This document shows positions 32,113 to 42,602 of a stretch of 64,000 nt of DNA, one piece after another. Source of the DNA: an uncultured Nitrososphaeraceae archaeon (GTDB lineage: Archaea > Thermoproteota > Nitrososphaeria > Nitrososphaerales > Nitrososphaeraceae); the NCBI GenBank assembly GCA_963779615.1, contig CAVZZA010000005.1:192001-256000 (forward strand), read 5' to 3'. The first letter of the stretch is position 1. The number at the start of each line of letters is the position of its first letter. The notes below the pieces were generated by a model. That model was not told the origin of the DNA. It made no database searches and saw only the letters and a list, made by a program, of their open reading frames with translations. The translations under genes and the position numbers were made by a program.

Positions 32113-32808
32113 ATGAACAACACAAAAAGCATTTTGTTAGCAGCTATAATCACTGCAACACTGATTCTCTGCACGAGTGTTATCCCGATGCAGACATACG
32201 CTGGCGAGAACAAAAACACCAAGGACTACAAGTCTCCAATCACGGCAAGCGATGTATCAGACAAAAAGAGCTCAAGCCAGCACTCTGGCCAGGACAACTT
32301 TGCGTACAGGAGCGATGACCCCAGCCAGGCAAACCAGGGACAGCAGGTAATAGGGAAGGACAACGAGGCAACAGGATTCAACGACCAAAGCAGGAACCTC
32401 CAGTCAACACCGGCCACAGCAGGTACAGCAGGCGGCACCGGAAGCAACGGAAGCAACGGAAACGGCACTACGCCAACACCACCACCAACAACAGGAACCC
32501 TTAACGTATGCAAGGCTGTAGTCGACAATTTCGATTTGGGTGTCAAGCCTTCTGACTTCACATTCAAAGCCACTTCCGAGGGTGCCGACCCAGCTGAATT
32601 TCCGGGTAGTGCAGATTGCACCAAAGTCACAGTGCCTGAAGGTCCATACGGTTTCCTTGAAACCGCACCTATATCTTTCTTCATCATCACAGATGTAACC
32701 GGAGATTGTGCCTTAGACTTTCCTGAGAGTACTAGAGGATTTCATGGTAGCATTAAAGCTGGAGAGACTCAGACCTGCACGGTTACTAACGACGTATTTC
32801 CTTTGTGA
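32113..32808 (+). CDS. Secreted Q/N-rich family paralogue 2 with a prealbumin/Ig-like C-terminal domain
   Basis: Signal peptide, QANQGQQVIGKDNEATGFNDQS, G/N/P linker, TGTLNVCK...QTCTVTN. Confidence 0.85.
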   Translation: MNNTKSILLAAIITATLILCTSVIPMQTYAGENKNTKDYKSPITASDVSDKKSSSQHSGQDNFAYRSDDPSQANQGQQVIGKDNEATGFNDQSRNLQSTPATAGTAGGTGSNGSNGNGTTPTPPPTTGTLNVCKAVVDNFDLGVKPSDFTFKATSEGADPAEFPGSADCTKVTVPEGPYGFLETAPISFFIITDVTGDCALDFPESTRGFHGSIKAGETQTCTVTNDVFPL

Positions 32809-33557
32809 TGAAAAAAGGAAACCATCGGAAACACTCTTTTATTTTTCCAGCTGCCAGGGTTTTTCATTGACGTTACAAAAGCCTGTTTTACATTGCTTGT
32901 GATTCCAGGTCCAGTTTGACGGATTGGTTGAAACTTGCGTATTCTGATTGGAGTTTACTCCGTTCTTCAAAACTTTATGCCGTTGTGATAAAATCCGGCC
33001 TATGATAGATGCCTGAATTTGCAAACCAGAAAACAGGGTGTTCAGCGGGTTGAATCATCTGGATTAAAAACATGAAATAATTTTATGTGCCAAGCCAGGG
33101 AAAAGGCAGAGCACATTCCGGTTTAGGATTAATAGAGTTATTATATAAAGTAACTGTTTCTGTGGAAATCAAGAGGATATTCACATGAGTCAACAACTTA
33201 CCTTGATTTATCTTTGTTTTAAATTCCAATGTGTAAAGTGCTGATTGAACCTGTGACCATCGCATTGAAGAGGCGAAATGCTTGACCGTTTTGGGCAAGT
33301 CAATATTAAGGTTGGGGATAGTGATGACATCAATGGCTCCCCTGTACATTAGTTTGGTTATTTTTACCTTGATGACGGACTTTAACTTGCACTCATAGGA
33401 CTTTGATGTTTTCTTTTGGCCCTGCAGGGAAATGATAAATCAATACTTGTTTATGGAATTCATTAAAAATGTGAGGTCACCTTTTGCACTAGTCTGTTAA
33501 ACTAGTACAAAGGGAATAAAAAATTGGCTGAACCTTTTTGTGGTTCTGATTTTTTTG

Positions 33558-34178
33558 TTATTGCTTTTTTGTTGTTGTTGTTGTGCTGTAGTCTGTGGAG
33601 GAGTTAGGGGTGGACACACTGACGCTGGAGTTTGCTGCTGCGTCTTTGGCTGCTGCTGTCAGTTGTCTTGAGTTTTGCTCAAATGTTTTTGCCGTGTTAA
33701 CGCTAAGGTTGGATAGGTGCTTTGAGTTGTCCTTTGCCTGTTGCAACACTGATTTCATAGAGTCCAGGTTTGAGAATATCATGTTGTTTGTGAGTCTGAT
33801 TGCTGACACTGTGTTGTCTGCTACGTTGCTGACAAACCTGGTGTATGCCTTGGCTATGGAGTCGGGGGATGCAAAGCTTGTAACAACGCTGCTGTAGTTC
33901 TCATTGATTGGCCTCCATGCTGATTGGAGTGAGCTGATGATTTCCTTCTGTGATTCAATGTACTCCTCTGAAATCTCTCTGGCTGTTTGGAGTGACTGTT
34001 CTTGGTAGCTGTTCACAATGTTGTTGATTCGTGGAATCTGGTTCTTTGACTCGTCTATGGATTTTCTGATGTTGTCTTTGGCCTCATCAAGTGACCTGTT
34101 GATTGATTCTTTGAAATCTTGTGTATTGGTATTATTGTTATATGAGTAACTTTCTTGTGATTCTGTTTTCTTTGACAT
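33558..34178 (-). CDS. Amphipathic helical protein (possibly phasin-like)
   Basis: All-alpha, Cys-free, Ser/Thr tail; function inferred only. Confidence 0.7.
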   Translation of the reverse strand: MSKKTESQESYSYNNNTNTQDFKESINRSLDEAKDNIRKSIDESKNQIPRINNIVNSYQEQSLQTAREISEEYIESQKEIISSLQSAWRPINENYSSVVTSFASPDSIAKAYTRFVSNVADNTVSAIRLTNNMIFSNLDSMKSVLQQAKDNSKHLSNLSVNTAKTFEQNSRQLTAAAKDAAANSSVSVSTPNSSTDYSTTTTTKKQ

Positions 34179-34414
34179 TACTCTATATCAGGTGCCATTC
34201 TATATAAAGTCTGGTAACAAACGGTTTTTAATTCCAATTATTTACATGAAATCATCATAGTGGTTGCATATCATTCAGGAGTATTATTGATACCCCTTAG
34301 ACTTAACTTTATCATTTGATCAAAAGGTTCACCGCAAACCCTATTTGATCGAATGCAGCCTTCCTCCCCCTTCGATAGCCCGTAGAAATGAAAAATTATT
34401 CGACCTATATGAGT

Positions 34415-34752
34415 AACGGGCCCGGAGGGCTAGTGCTGATATCGGTCCTTAAAAGTGGGTTCTAATTCTATCGGAATGGTTAAGGAGATAAAGTTTTCAA
34501 TTTATAAAAAATAAAATACCTTTTTTCCATCAGAGTATAAAAATCATGCAAGTCCATTGTATCTTTTATTGAGATTAAAGGCATGTCCAAAGAACACTCT
34601 TAAACAACAAGATAAAGTTATGCTAAATTTTCCTCTTTGTATTTGGAGTATTAGTTTTATGCTTGTCTTTTCAGGTATACAAATTCAAATAAAATGTCAG
34701 GTAACAAAAGACTCACTCCAGATATACCTAAAAAAGTAACTGAGTTTTATAT
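34415..34752 (+). promoter_or_regulatory. Conserved ~338-bp upstream leader of secreted paralogue 3
   Basis: Colinear with 10590..10927; 34657..34802 is identical to 32017..32162. Confidence 0.7.
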
Positions 34753-35460
34753 ATGAACAACACAAAAAGCATTTTGTTAGCAGCTATAATCACTGCAACA
34801 CTAATCATGGGGACAAGCGTCATCCCAATGCAGTCATATGCTGACAGGGACAATAACGACGACCACAAAAAAGACAAGGATTTTAAGTCAAAAATAATCT
34901 CAGGCTCCGAATCGGACAAAAAGAGCGCAAGCCAACACCAGGACCAGGACAACTTCTGCTACAGGGGCGATGACTGTGAGCAGGCAAACCAGGGACAGCA
35001 GATAGTTGGAAAGGACAACGACGCAAAGGGATTCAACGACCAAAGCAGGAGCCTTCAGTCAACACCGGCCACAACAGGGGCAGCGGGCGGCACAGGAAAC
35101 AACGGAAACGGCACTACGCCAACACCACCACCAACAACAGGAACCCTTAACGTATGCAAGGTCGTAAACAACGGCCCAGGGCTTAATTTCGAGCCTTCTG
35201 ACTTTACGTTCACATTCACTTCTGAGGGTGCCAACCCTGCCGAATTTGCCGGCAGTGCAGATTGCACCGCAGTTACAGTACCCGAAGGTCCATACAGTTT
35301 CGGAGAAACACTTGATGCGCTAGCCCTATTTACAACAACGGCATCAGGAGATTGTACCCAAGATTCAAGATTTATTCCAGCATTTCACGGCAGCATAAAT
35401 GCTGGAGATACTCAGACCTGCACGGTTACTAACAACATAGGGATACGTACACCAATATAA
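34753..35460 (+). CDS. Secreted Q/N-rich family paralogue 3 with a prealbumin/Ig-like C-terminal domain
   Basis: Same architecture as 32113..32808. Confidence 0.85.
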   Translation: MNNTKSILLAAIITATLIMGTSVIPMQSYADRDNNDDHKKDKDFKSKIISGSESDKKSASQHQDQDNFCYRGDDCEQANQGQQIVGKDNDAKGFNDQSRSLQSTPATTGAAGGTGNNGNGTTPTPPPTTGTLNVCKVVNNGPGLNFEPSDFTFTFTSEGANPAEFAGSADCTAVTVPEGPYSFGETLDALALFTTTASGDCTQDSRFIPAFHGSINAGDTQTCTVTNNIGIRTPI

Positions 35461-35952
35461 AAAAAGGAAATAAAACACTTTTTTATTTTTTCAGCTGCCA
35501 GGATTTCTCATTGACGTTGCAAAAACCTGAGCGACATTGCCTATGGTTCAAGGTTAACAGTTTGACTCATTCAGACACTAAGGTTCTAGTTGCAGTTTCC
35601 TCGGTTATTCAATTTGTGCCGTGTTGTAAAATCCAGCCTATGACATTTGTCGGAGTTTGATGACCCGAAAACACGATGTTCAGCGGGTTGTTACCTGTGT
35701 AAAAGGCTTTACCATGAAAAGGCTTACAAAAATGCAGTGCATCCAAAACAAGGATGCAATGCTTTAAAAAAGTTGGATGTTTATTGGTGAAGATTACAGA
35801 GACAGATGGAAAGTCAAAGGGTTGAACTTTCTGTATTGTAATAACATGGGGCATTCATAGGGATGGTGCTTTGTAAAAAAGTTATAATACACTGTTTAAC
35901 CAGATAGATGAAGATTTTATGGCGGCATATCCCTACATAAAATTTTTATCTG

Positions 35953-36198
35953 CTAAAAGTCATCAAAGCCATCATCATCCATCATCAATTCTTTATCTAT
36001 AAACTTAATCAGTTTCTTGTCCAATATCTTTGTAGAGTAATGACATACGGCACACCTAAAATACACTTTAGCTTTTCTTAATTTGGGTTTTCCTGTAGTT
36101 TCATAGCGACTAACCATCCATTCTTTTGGTGAGTGGATTTTACATTTTGGACAAACAATGCATGCAGACACCTCGCCTAAATCATTTGAGATAGACAT
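35953..36198 (-). CDS. Small zinc-ribbon protein
   Basis: CPKC ... CAVC pairs, 81 aa. Confidence 0.6.
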   Translation of the reverse strand: MSISNDLGEVSACIVCPKCKIHSPKEWMVSRYETTGKPKLRKAKVYFRCAVCHYSTKILDKKLIKFIDKELMMDDDGFDDF

Positions 36199-37488
36199 AT
36201 GCTGTTAGTGTAGTAAATTTTCAACCTATTTATTTATGGATCCCATGTTTTGTTATTTTGGTCTCAAGAATTGCAAAGATATGAGACAAACCCGATATAC
36301 CCAGTATTAGGTATTGTTGGTTCAACCTTTGTATTTATTGCATGTCTGTACAACATTGCAAATTTATTGGTTTTTGGAAAATCCAAATCCATAGTGTGCA
36401 GCAGGATAGACAACATACACATGTTAAAGACCAAGAAGGTTTTGCCATGTAATAATTTTTTTGTAATCCGTATAGATTAAACACAACGTTACTAGATTTG
36501 TTATTCATATCCTTAAATTGAACTAGGGGCCAAATTTTGTGTTAATGGCTCAAAGACAAGGTTCAGACTGGTCAACACATACAATTCATTTGCTATTCTT
36601 TCAGAATGCTGTGTTTATCCTGAATCTCAAGATCCAGCTAAAAAAAATAGATGATAGGATAGAGCGTTTGAAATGAATATGTGTTTATTCTGAAGTTTAA
36701 AAATACGGTACAGGAAATGATGCTAAAAAAATGATGCTAAAAGAGTCACTGCACAACAAAACAATATTTATTTAGGCAAGACAGGCAGTAAGCTTCGATT
36801 TTAAGAATCATGCAACAAGGCATGTGTAATGGTAAAGTTTTAGGAGAATACAGAATAATGAATGGAGGAAGGGTTACCACACCAAGAGACAAGTCAGATA
36901 TAGACAGCGTAAAACATGGGGATTTCTATACTTATTTGGCAGACGGGGATGCATCTTTAAGATAGACAAATAGAATTCGATTTGGATAAAGCAATTAAAC
37001 AGGTAGAGAAATAAAAAAAACGAGAAAACCGTCAGGTTAACAGCCCATTAATGGATACACCGTTCTTTCGCATTCTCTCCAATGCCTATAAAATGCTCAT
37101 CGATCATTGAATTTCAAGCTACCTCTCAAATCATTGCATTACTGAAGAGCAGATATCATTTACTTGTGGTGATTGCATTACCTACAGCAGTTTTTAGATC
37201 ATCCAAAAGGCAGGCTTAATATTGGCTGTTCATAAAATAAGGCAACAATGCTTTGTTGCATGACTCAAATTTTCGTACTTTTTAGAGGTGTCAGTTTTAT
37301 TCCCGCAAGAGTAATAATCGATATTCGCATTGTGCTGGTATGAACTCTATCATAAATTGACGAATTTCACACTATGCGACAAAGCAGGCAATAATACTTT
37401 TTGTGTGTGTAAAAAGTGGCACATCCAATTTAGACTTCCTAAGACAAAAAAACAGCAATAGGGGATTGCCATACCCTTGTTGTTCTGG

Positions 37489-38186
37489 TTATTCTCTTAG
37501 CGGAAGGTCCGCGTCTTTGTGCAATGCCCTATACACTCCAGCTGCAATCAACCCGCCGACGATTGGCGCTACCCAATAAATCCAGTGGTAGCTAAAGTTT
37601 CCCATAATCAGTGCAGGGCCAAAGGAACGGGCCGGGTTTAATGAACCGCCTGTCATGGCACCGCCAAACATGACATTCAAGCCAAGTGTAAACCCTATTG
37701 CCACGCCTGCCAATGGGGCGATGCTAAAGTTCCTTGAGGTGGTGGTGGCCAGCACAACATACACCAAAGTGAATGTCATTACGGTTTCCAGTATCAACGC
37801 CCTAACAACATTATCTTCCGAAGGTAACGTTACGCTCGCAGACATTTCTGGGCCAAATATTGTGTACACAACAGCTGCACCAATTACCGCACCAATGATT
37901 TGGGCTATTATATAGACTGCTGCTTCCTTGCCCTTGATTTTTCCCGCAACCAGCAGGCCCATTGTAACCGCGGGGTTAACCTGGACAGCCGAACGGTAAC
38001 CTATTGCGTATATTATTGCTGTCAGCACAAGGGCATGAACCAAACCAATCCCTATTACACCCAACTGACCACTGCCAGAATAAACCGTGGCGGCAGAGGC
38101 AATCGCATAGACCAGGATAAACGTTCGACTATCTCCACCAAAAATTTACTTTTCAGTGAAGTTTTGTTGTTGTGTTTACCGATCAT
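37489..38186 (-). pseudogene. aqpZ: Aquaporin (MIP family) with a 1-nt deletion near 38126
   Basis: Two NPA motifs (VNPAVT, LNPARS); upstream MIGKH...KFLVEIV/TFILVY is out of frame by one base (gtc g-a acg). Confidence 0.85.
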
Positions 38187-38632
38187 CTCTTACCTATGTT
38201 TCCGTCATCTTATTCTTTATAAGGATAATCATTAACATTCAGACTGTTCACTTAACACCACTTGATCTTTTACTTATTATTAGTAACCAAAAAGAAACAT
38301 GTTTGACAAGAATTTTAGGTTAAACCATCGTAAGTTTATTAAAAGTCCAACAATGCTGCCTCCAGGTCCCTGTGGGTGCTTCTAACTTTGTTAACCTTTG
38401 GAAATTGAAAGCCAATAACTGAAATCCAAATTACAATGTACCTCCTGATACCGATTTATCAAATTATGATATGGATTTGACATGGTTGTAAAGCGTTTTC
38501 AGTTCTTTTTGGCAGTGCTGAACCCGACACCATAAAAAAGGGAGCTAATGTGGGGAATAGGACTTGAGGGATGGAACAGATTAGAAAGAATGCTTATAAT
38601 TAAACTATTGTTATGTCCTTTCGATAACAAAA

Positions 38633-39004
38633 ATGTCATCAACATCAAAAGTATTAACAAAAAGTTTTGGATCGCCTGATGAAGTAAGAACATTTGAAAA
38701 GGGAAAGGTTGAGATTGTAAGCCTGGGCAATGTTATAATTGGCAGAGCCACATTGGAGCCTGGTTGGAGTTGGGGAAAATGTGTAAAACCACTAGTGAAA
38801 ACTGACAGTTGTCAAGCACCACACACTTCGGTTATAATCTCTGGAAGGATGAGAGTCAGAATGGATGATGGTACCGAAATTGAAGGGGGACCAGGAGATA
38901 CAGCGGTAATACCACCAGGACATGATGCATGGGTGGTGGGAGATGAACCATGTGTTTCAATCGACTATACTGGAATGGGAGACTACGCAAAGAGACCAGA
39001 GTAA
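38633..39004 (+). CDS. Cupin-domain protein
   Basis: LEPGWSW, CQAPH..VIISGRM and IPPGHDAWVVG motifs. Confidence 0.88.
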   Translation: MSSTSKVLTKSFGSPDEVRTFEKGKVEIVSLGNVIIGRATLEPGWSWGKCVKPLVKTDSCQAPHTSVIISGRMRVRMDDGTEIEGGPGDTAVIPPGHDAWVVGDEPCVSIDYTGMGDYAKRPE

Positions 39005-39620
39005 ACGGATATCCTATTTCCATCATTACTAAAGCAGAAATCTTTTATTTTTCAAAACAGATCTTCCTGAGTCCTGTCCCAGCCAATATGGTAATCCATT
39101 CATTTTATTGGAATGTAACTAATGCTATTGGTGAATAGATGGTGCTGATTAATCAATTTTTAGGCCTTTGTATATGCATCAGTAAATTGGTTTGATTTGA
39201 TTTAAAAAAATGGTATGAGAAATCAGGTAGTTTTTGATGATTTCTGAAGTGCCCTGTTCTTTGCCAATTCTTCTTTGAGAGACTCCTCTGGATAACCGTT
39301 ACTAATTTAACAGATAATTTCTTTAGGTTGTACAGATAGAAGTTACTTGGCAAACATGTCCTTGGTCATAAATCCTAATTATTTTTATTTGGATGTATGT
39401 TTGATATTTCAATCTTTGATGGCCATGTTTTACAATCCTTCATTAACTTTTTTGAGTTATATTTTACAACCTTAAATTAATAGTTCAGTTGCAGTTTTTG
39501 TTTCAAGCCAAATATGGAATTCCATCACACAATCTTTATTTGTTATGAGTTATTGGGCTAAGACAAACAATCCCAAAAAAAAGAAATTCCTGCTTTAAAA
39601 AATGGTGTGTTTGCTAGTTG

Positions 39621-41204
39621 TTACTCAGACCGTATAACTGGTGGTGGACTCCACGTTCCATTCAGTATAGAATCGTCAGGCAGGTATAAACGCAAAACCA
39701 GTTTGATTTTATCGGACACTTGAGCTGATGGTGCTGGCAGCCAGTTTGATTCCTTATCGGGCCCAGGGTTTGTATTCTGTATGTATATGTCAAGTGAACC
39801 GTCTGTGTTGTTCTTTAACCCTTCAGTGTATTGCCCTACCAAATAGCGATTTATTGGGTTGTCCACAAACAATGATTGGTTATTATATATGGTTAGGGAC
39901 CAGAATGAATTTACAGGTGGAAGCTGCCCTGGTTCGAAGTGGACGGTATAGTTTTTGTCTCCGGTGAGCAGTTTCCCTTCAGAATCTACAAACGTGACTG
40001 GATAGATTGCCTCCTGTCCTGTATTTGCGCCAACACCCACAACAACAGTTGCAGCACGGAACAGGTAGTCAGTTCCAAAGAGGCCTGTTGCCGCATTTAC
40101 CGTCCAACCGTTAACATTGGCTCCGAAGTTTGCCACCTTCGCATTTATCAGTTTTTCACCCTCTGTTATGCCAGTTTGAAGGGCTGATTTTATTGTGCCA
40201 TTTGCTTGGGTTGACGGAGTCATTCCAGGACCAATACCTATAGATGCGAGTTTTTTGACAAGCGTAGGGTCAGGCGGATTCAATGGATTAACGGTCATGG
40301 CAGCGCTAATTTCATCGTATATTTTGATGCCTGTGGTTGGTATAAACGGAGGTCTTGGGCTTATTGGGACTTGAGCATCGGATTCATTTGTCATTGCTGT
40401 TGTGTTTGAAGGCTGGCTGGTCGATGCTGGGGCTGCTGAGTTGCTCAAATAGGCTGAAAGAGGCATCACTTTTATCCGGTCTTGAATAGCTTTTACATTG
40501 GGAGTATCAGATGGACCTTTTATTAAAATCCTGTTTAATACCATTGTAAGGTCGGTCGGAGACCATATCTTAGTCATTCCCTCTGGAACGGTGCCTTCCC
40601 AGTTAGGGCCTGCAATAAGATATGTACCGCCTTCTGAGCCAGTGGCCCTTGTGCCAAGGTATTGGTAATTATTTGTGTAAGCATCCATTAACTGAAATGA
40701 GTAATACCTGTCTGGCTCAATTGGAGGTATCTGTAAAACAATTGGTTCGCTTGTCATATTTAGGAAAGCATAGCCATAAAGTGTATCTGCGTTTGGGGTG
40801 ACAGTACCGGTGTCATTGGCAGTTATAAGTTGTCGTGCAAACGTTATGTTGTTTTCAGGTCCTGCCAAATTTATTCCCTTGGCTATGGAGTCCGGGCTTG
40901 TGTAATACTCATTAAATCGCTCCATAGTTACAAGCGGAAAGCCCCAAATGTATGCGAGGGTGGCAATATCTCCAGGTGTGTCTGAACTCGAAATATCCAC
41001 CATTCTCTTTTCTATGTCGCTACCGCTTGAACTATCTGAAATACTCAAACTATTAGAGTTTGTTAAACCAGATGATGAAACAGAAGTTGAATTTTCCTGA
41101 GCTGTTGCTGCTGTTGCAATTAAAGGATTGATACCAATAAATGGTGATACCATCAAAATGCCCGTTAAAAACAGAGGAAGAAGGATTGTCTTGTGGATTC
41201 TCAT
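39621..41204 (-). CDS. Secreted DUF1254/DUF1214 domain protein
   Basis: AYIWGFPLV, PNADTLY, RYYSFQLMDAY, FWSLTIY, NPINRY, DGSLDIYIQ, NWLPAP and LRLYLP motifs. Confidence 0.93.
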   Translation of the reverse strand: MRIHKTILLPLFLTGILMVSPFIGINPLIATAATAQENSTSVSSSGLTNSNSLSISDSSSGSDIEKRMVDISSSDTPGDIATLAYIWGFPLVTMERFNEYYTSPDSIAKGINLAGPENNITFARQLITANDTGTVTPNADTLYGYAFLNMTSEPIVLQIPPIEPDRYYSFQLMDAYTNNYQYLGTRATGSEGGTYLIAGPNWEGTVPEGMTKIWSPTDLTMVLNRILIKGPSDTPNVKAIQDRIKVMPLSAYLSNSAAPASTSQPSNTTAMTNESDAQVPISPRPPFIPTTGIKIYDEISAAMTVNPLNPPDPTLVKKLASIGIGPGMTPSTQANGTIKSALQTGITEGEKLINAKVANFGANVNGWTVNAATGLFGTDYLFRAATVVVGVGANTGQEAIYPVTFVDSEGKLLTGDKNYTVHFEPGQLPPVNSFWSLTIYNNQSLFVDNPINRYLVGQYTEGLKNNTDGSLDIYIQNTNPGPDKESNWLPAPSAQVSDKIKLVLRLYLPDDSILNGTWSPPPVIRSE

Positions 41205-41818
41205 GTATTTTTGTAATGTGAGTGATATTTAAGCATGATAGTCAGTAATATGTTCCTTTATGAGATATCGATTCATAACTTGGTAAATGTTCAGACCTGA
41301 ACATCTACCTTTTTTTGACATACTTTTGAAAAGAAACGGATTCATTCATTTTGTGTTTATCATCCCGTAAAAAACAGCATAACAATGACACTAGACAAAT
41401 CAGAGGAAATGTTTACGGTGTCCTTTCAATTTCTATGACGCCCTGTTCAGCCGTCCTTGACAAACGTCAACTTGGCAGCACCCTTAACCGTCTTGCTTGC
41501 CGGCCCTTTCCAAAAGAGTCGCATCATTTTCACCCATTCTTCTTGTGGGCTCGTCCATATCCCTTTCAAGGTTGGACTTGAAGAAGATTGGTTTGACAAT
41601 CTCATCATCTGAGGTTTCACAAAGTTCACGGTTTAGAGTTTTTAAAGGTGCAAGAAATCGCCCCCATTATAGCTGCTTGTTACAGCATCCAGGGCATTAC
41701 TACATGTGTTGTTTTTTGTGTTGTTTTTGAATCATATAACATAATATGGCATATCCCTGATTCGAATTGACTTAAGTCCGGTTTGATAACCTTTGCAGCA
41801 TTCTGACCTTGCGTGCAT

Positions 41819-42205
41819 TTACCCTTCATACATATGATATACCTTGGCGATGATGTGCCAGGTGCCATCTGTCTTGATGAGCGTGTGAAAGTCGGTATAG
41901 TCAGCGCCAATCGCGTCATTCTCCATGTCGACGCGCACAACCGCCGTCGTTGGAGTTATCGCGAGCACGTCGAGCCGAGTCTTGATGTCGGGCGCGGAGC
42001 CGTTCTTCTGGACAAATTCGTAGAGGTTTTTGATTGGGCCGCCTAGCAGCTCGCCATTGGTGAAGCCATACATGACGGCGTCCTTGTGGAAACCCTGGGT
42101 GAGGCTGGGGATGTTGCCGATGCGTAGACCCTCGACATATTTGGCGACTGTCTCAACAACGTCTTCAAAGTCTTGGGTAGGCACAGTCTTGATATTCTTT
42201 GACAT
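41819..42205 (-). CDS. NTF2-like (lumazine-binding-2 type) protein
   Basis: FHKDAVMYG and YTDFHTLIKTDGTWHIIAKVYH; visibly GC-richer than its flanks. Confidence 0.85.
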   Translation of the reverse strand: MSKNIKTVPTQDFEDVVETVAKYVEGLRIGNIPSLTQGFHKDAVMYGFTNGELLGGPIKNLYEFVQKNGSAPDIKTRLDVLAITPTTAVVRVDMENDAIGADYTDFHTLIKTDGTWHIIAKVYHMYEG

Positions 42206-42455
42206 TGGGATTCTTTTTCAGTGGATATGAAGTGAATTTATAATTAAACTTAACAGCAGAAGAATATATTAAGAGATTGACAATACCTAACAGGACAAAA
42301 GGAAATATCATCCTACGAGTACAAGTTAAAGTCCATCATCAAAAAAAAGATATCCAAACTAATGGACAGGGAACTGCCCTTGATGTCATCACTATTCCCC
42401 AACCTTAATCTTGACCCTGCCAAAAACGGTCAAGCAATTCACCCCACTCAATGCG

Positions 42456-42488
42456 AGGGTCGCGGGTTCGAACCCTCCTCACTTCACC
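42456..42488 (+). other. Degenerate tRNA 3'-end fragment (candidate att scar)
   Basis: agggtcgcgggttcgaaccctcctcacttcacc resembles the tRNA-Leu 3' end aggggttcgtgggttcgaatcccacctcctccacc. Confidence 0.4.
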
Positions 42489-42602
42489 TTTTGGGAGTTG
42501 AAATACTATTTCTTTTAATTTTATGCATATCTTTGTACATTATACATAAATGCTCAACCTGGTTCTAAGATAGACTTCATTCACTTTTGAACCGCATCCC
42601 AC

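Noticed and set aside
34557-34739. Conserved leader peptide (DKVMLN.PLCI...QIQIK.QVT, also read at 10745..10927)
   Set aside because: The similarity follows from DNA homology of the leader; the copy upstream of 32113 has a 1-nt deletion and no equivalent ATG
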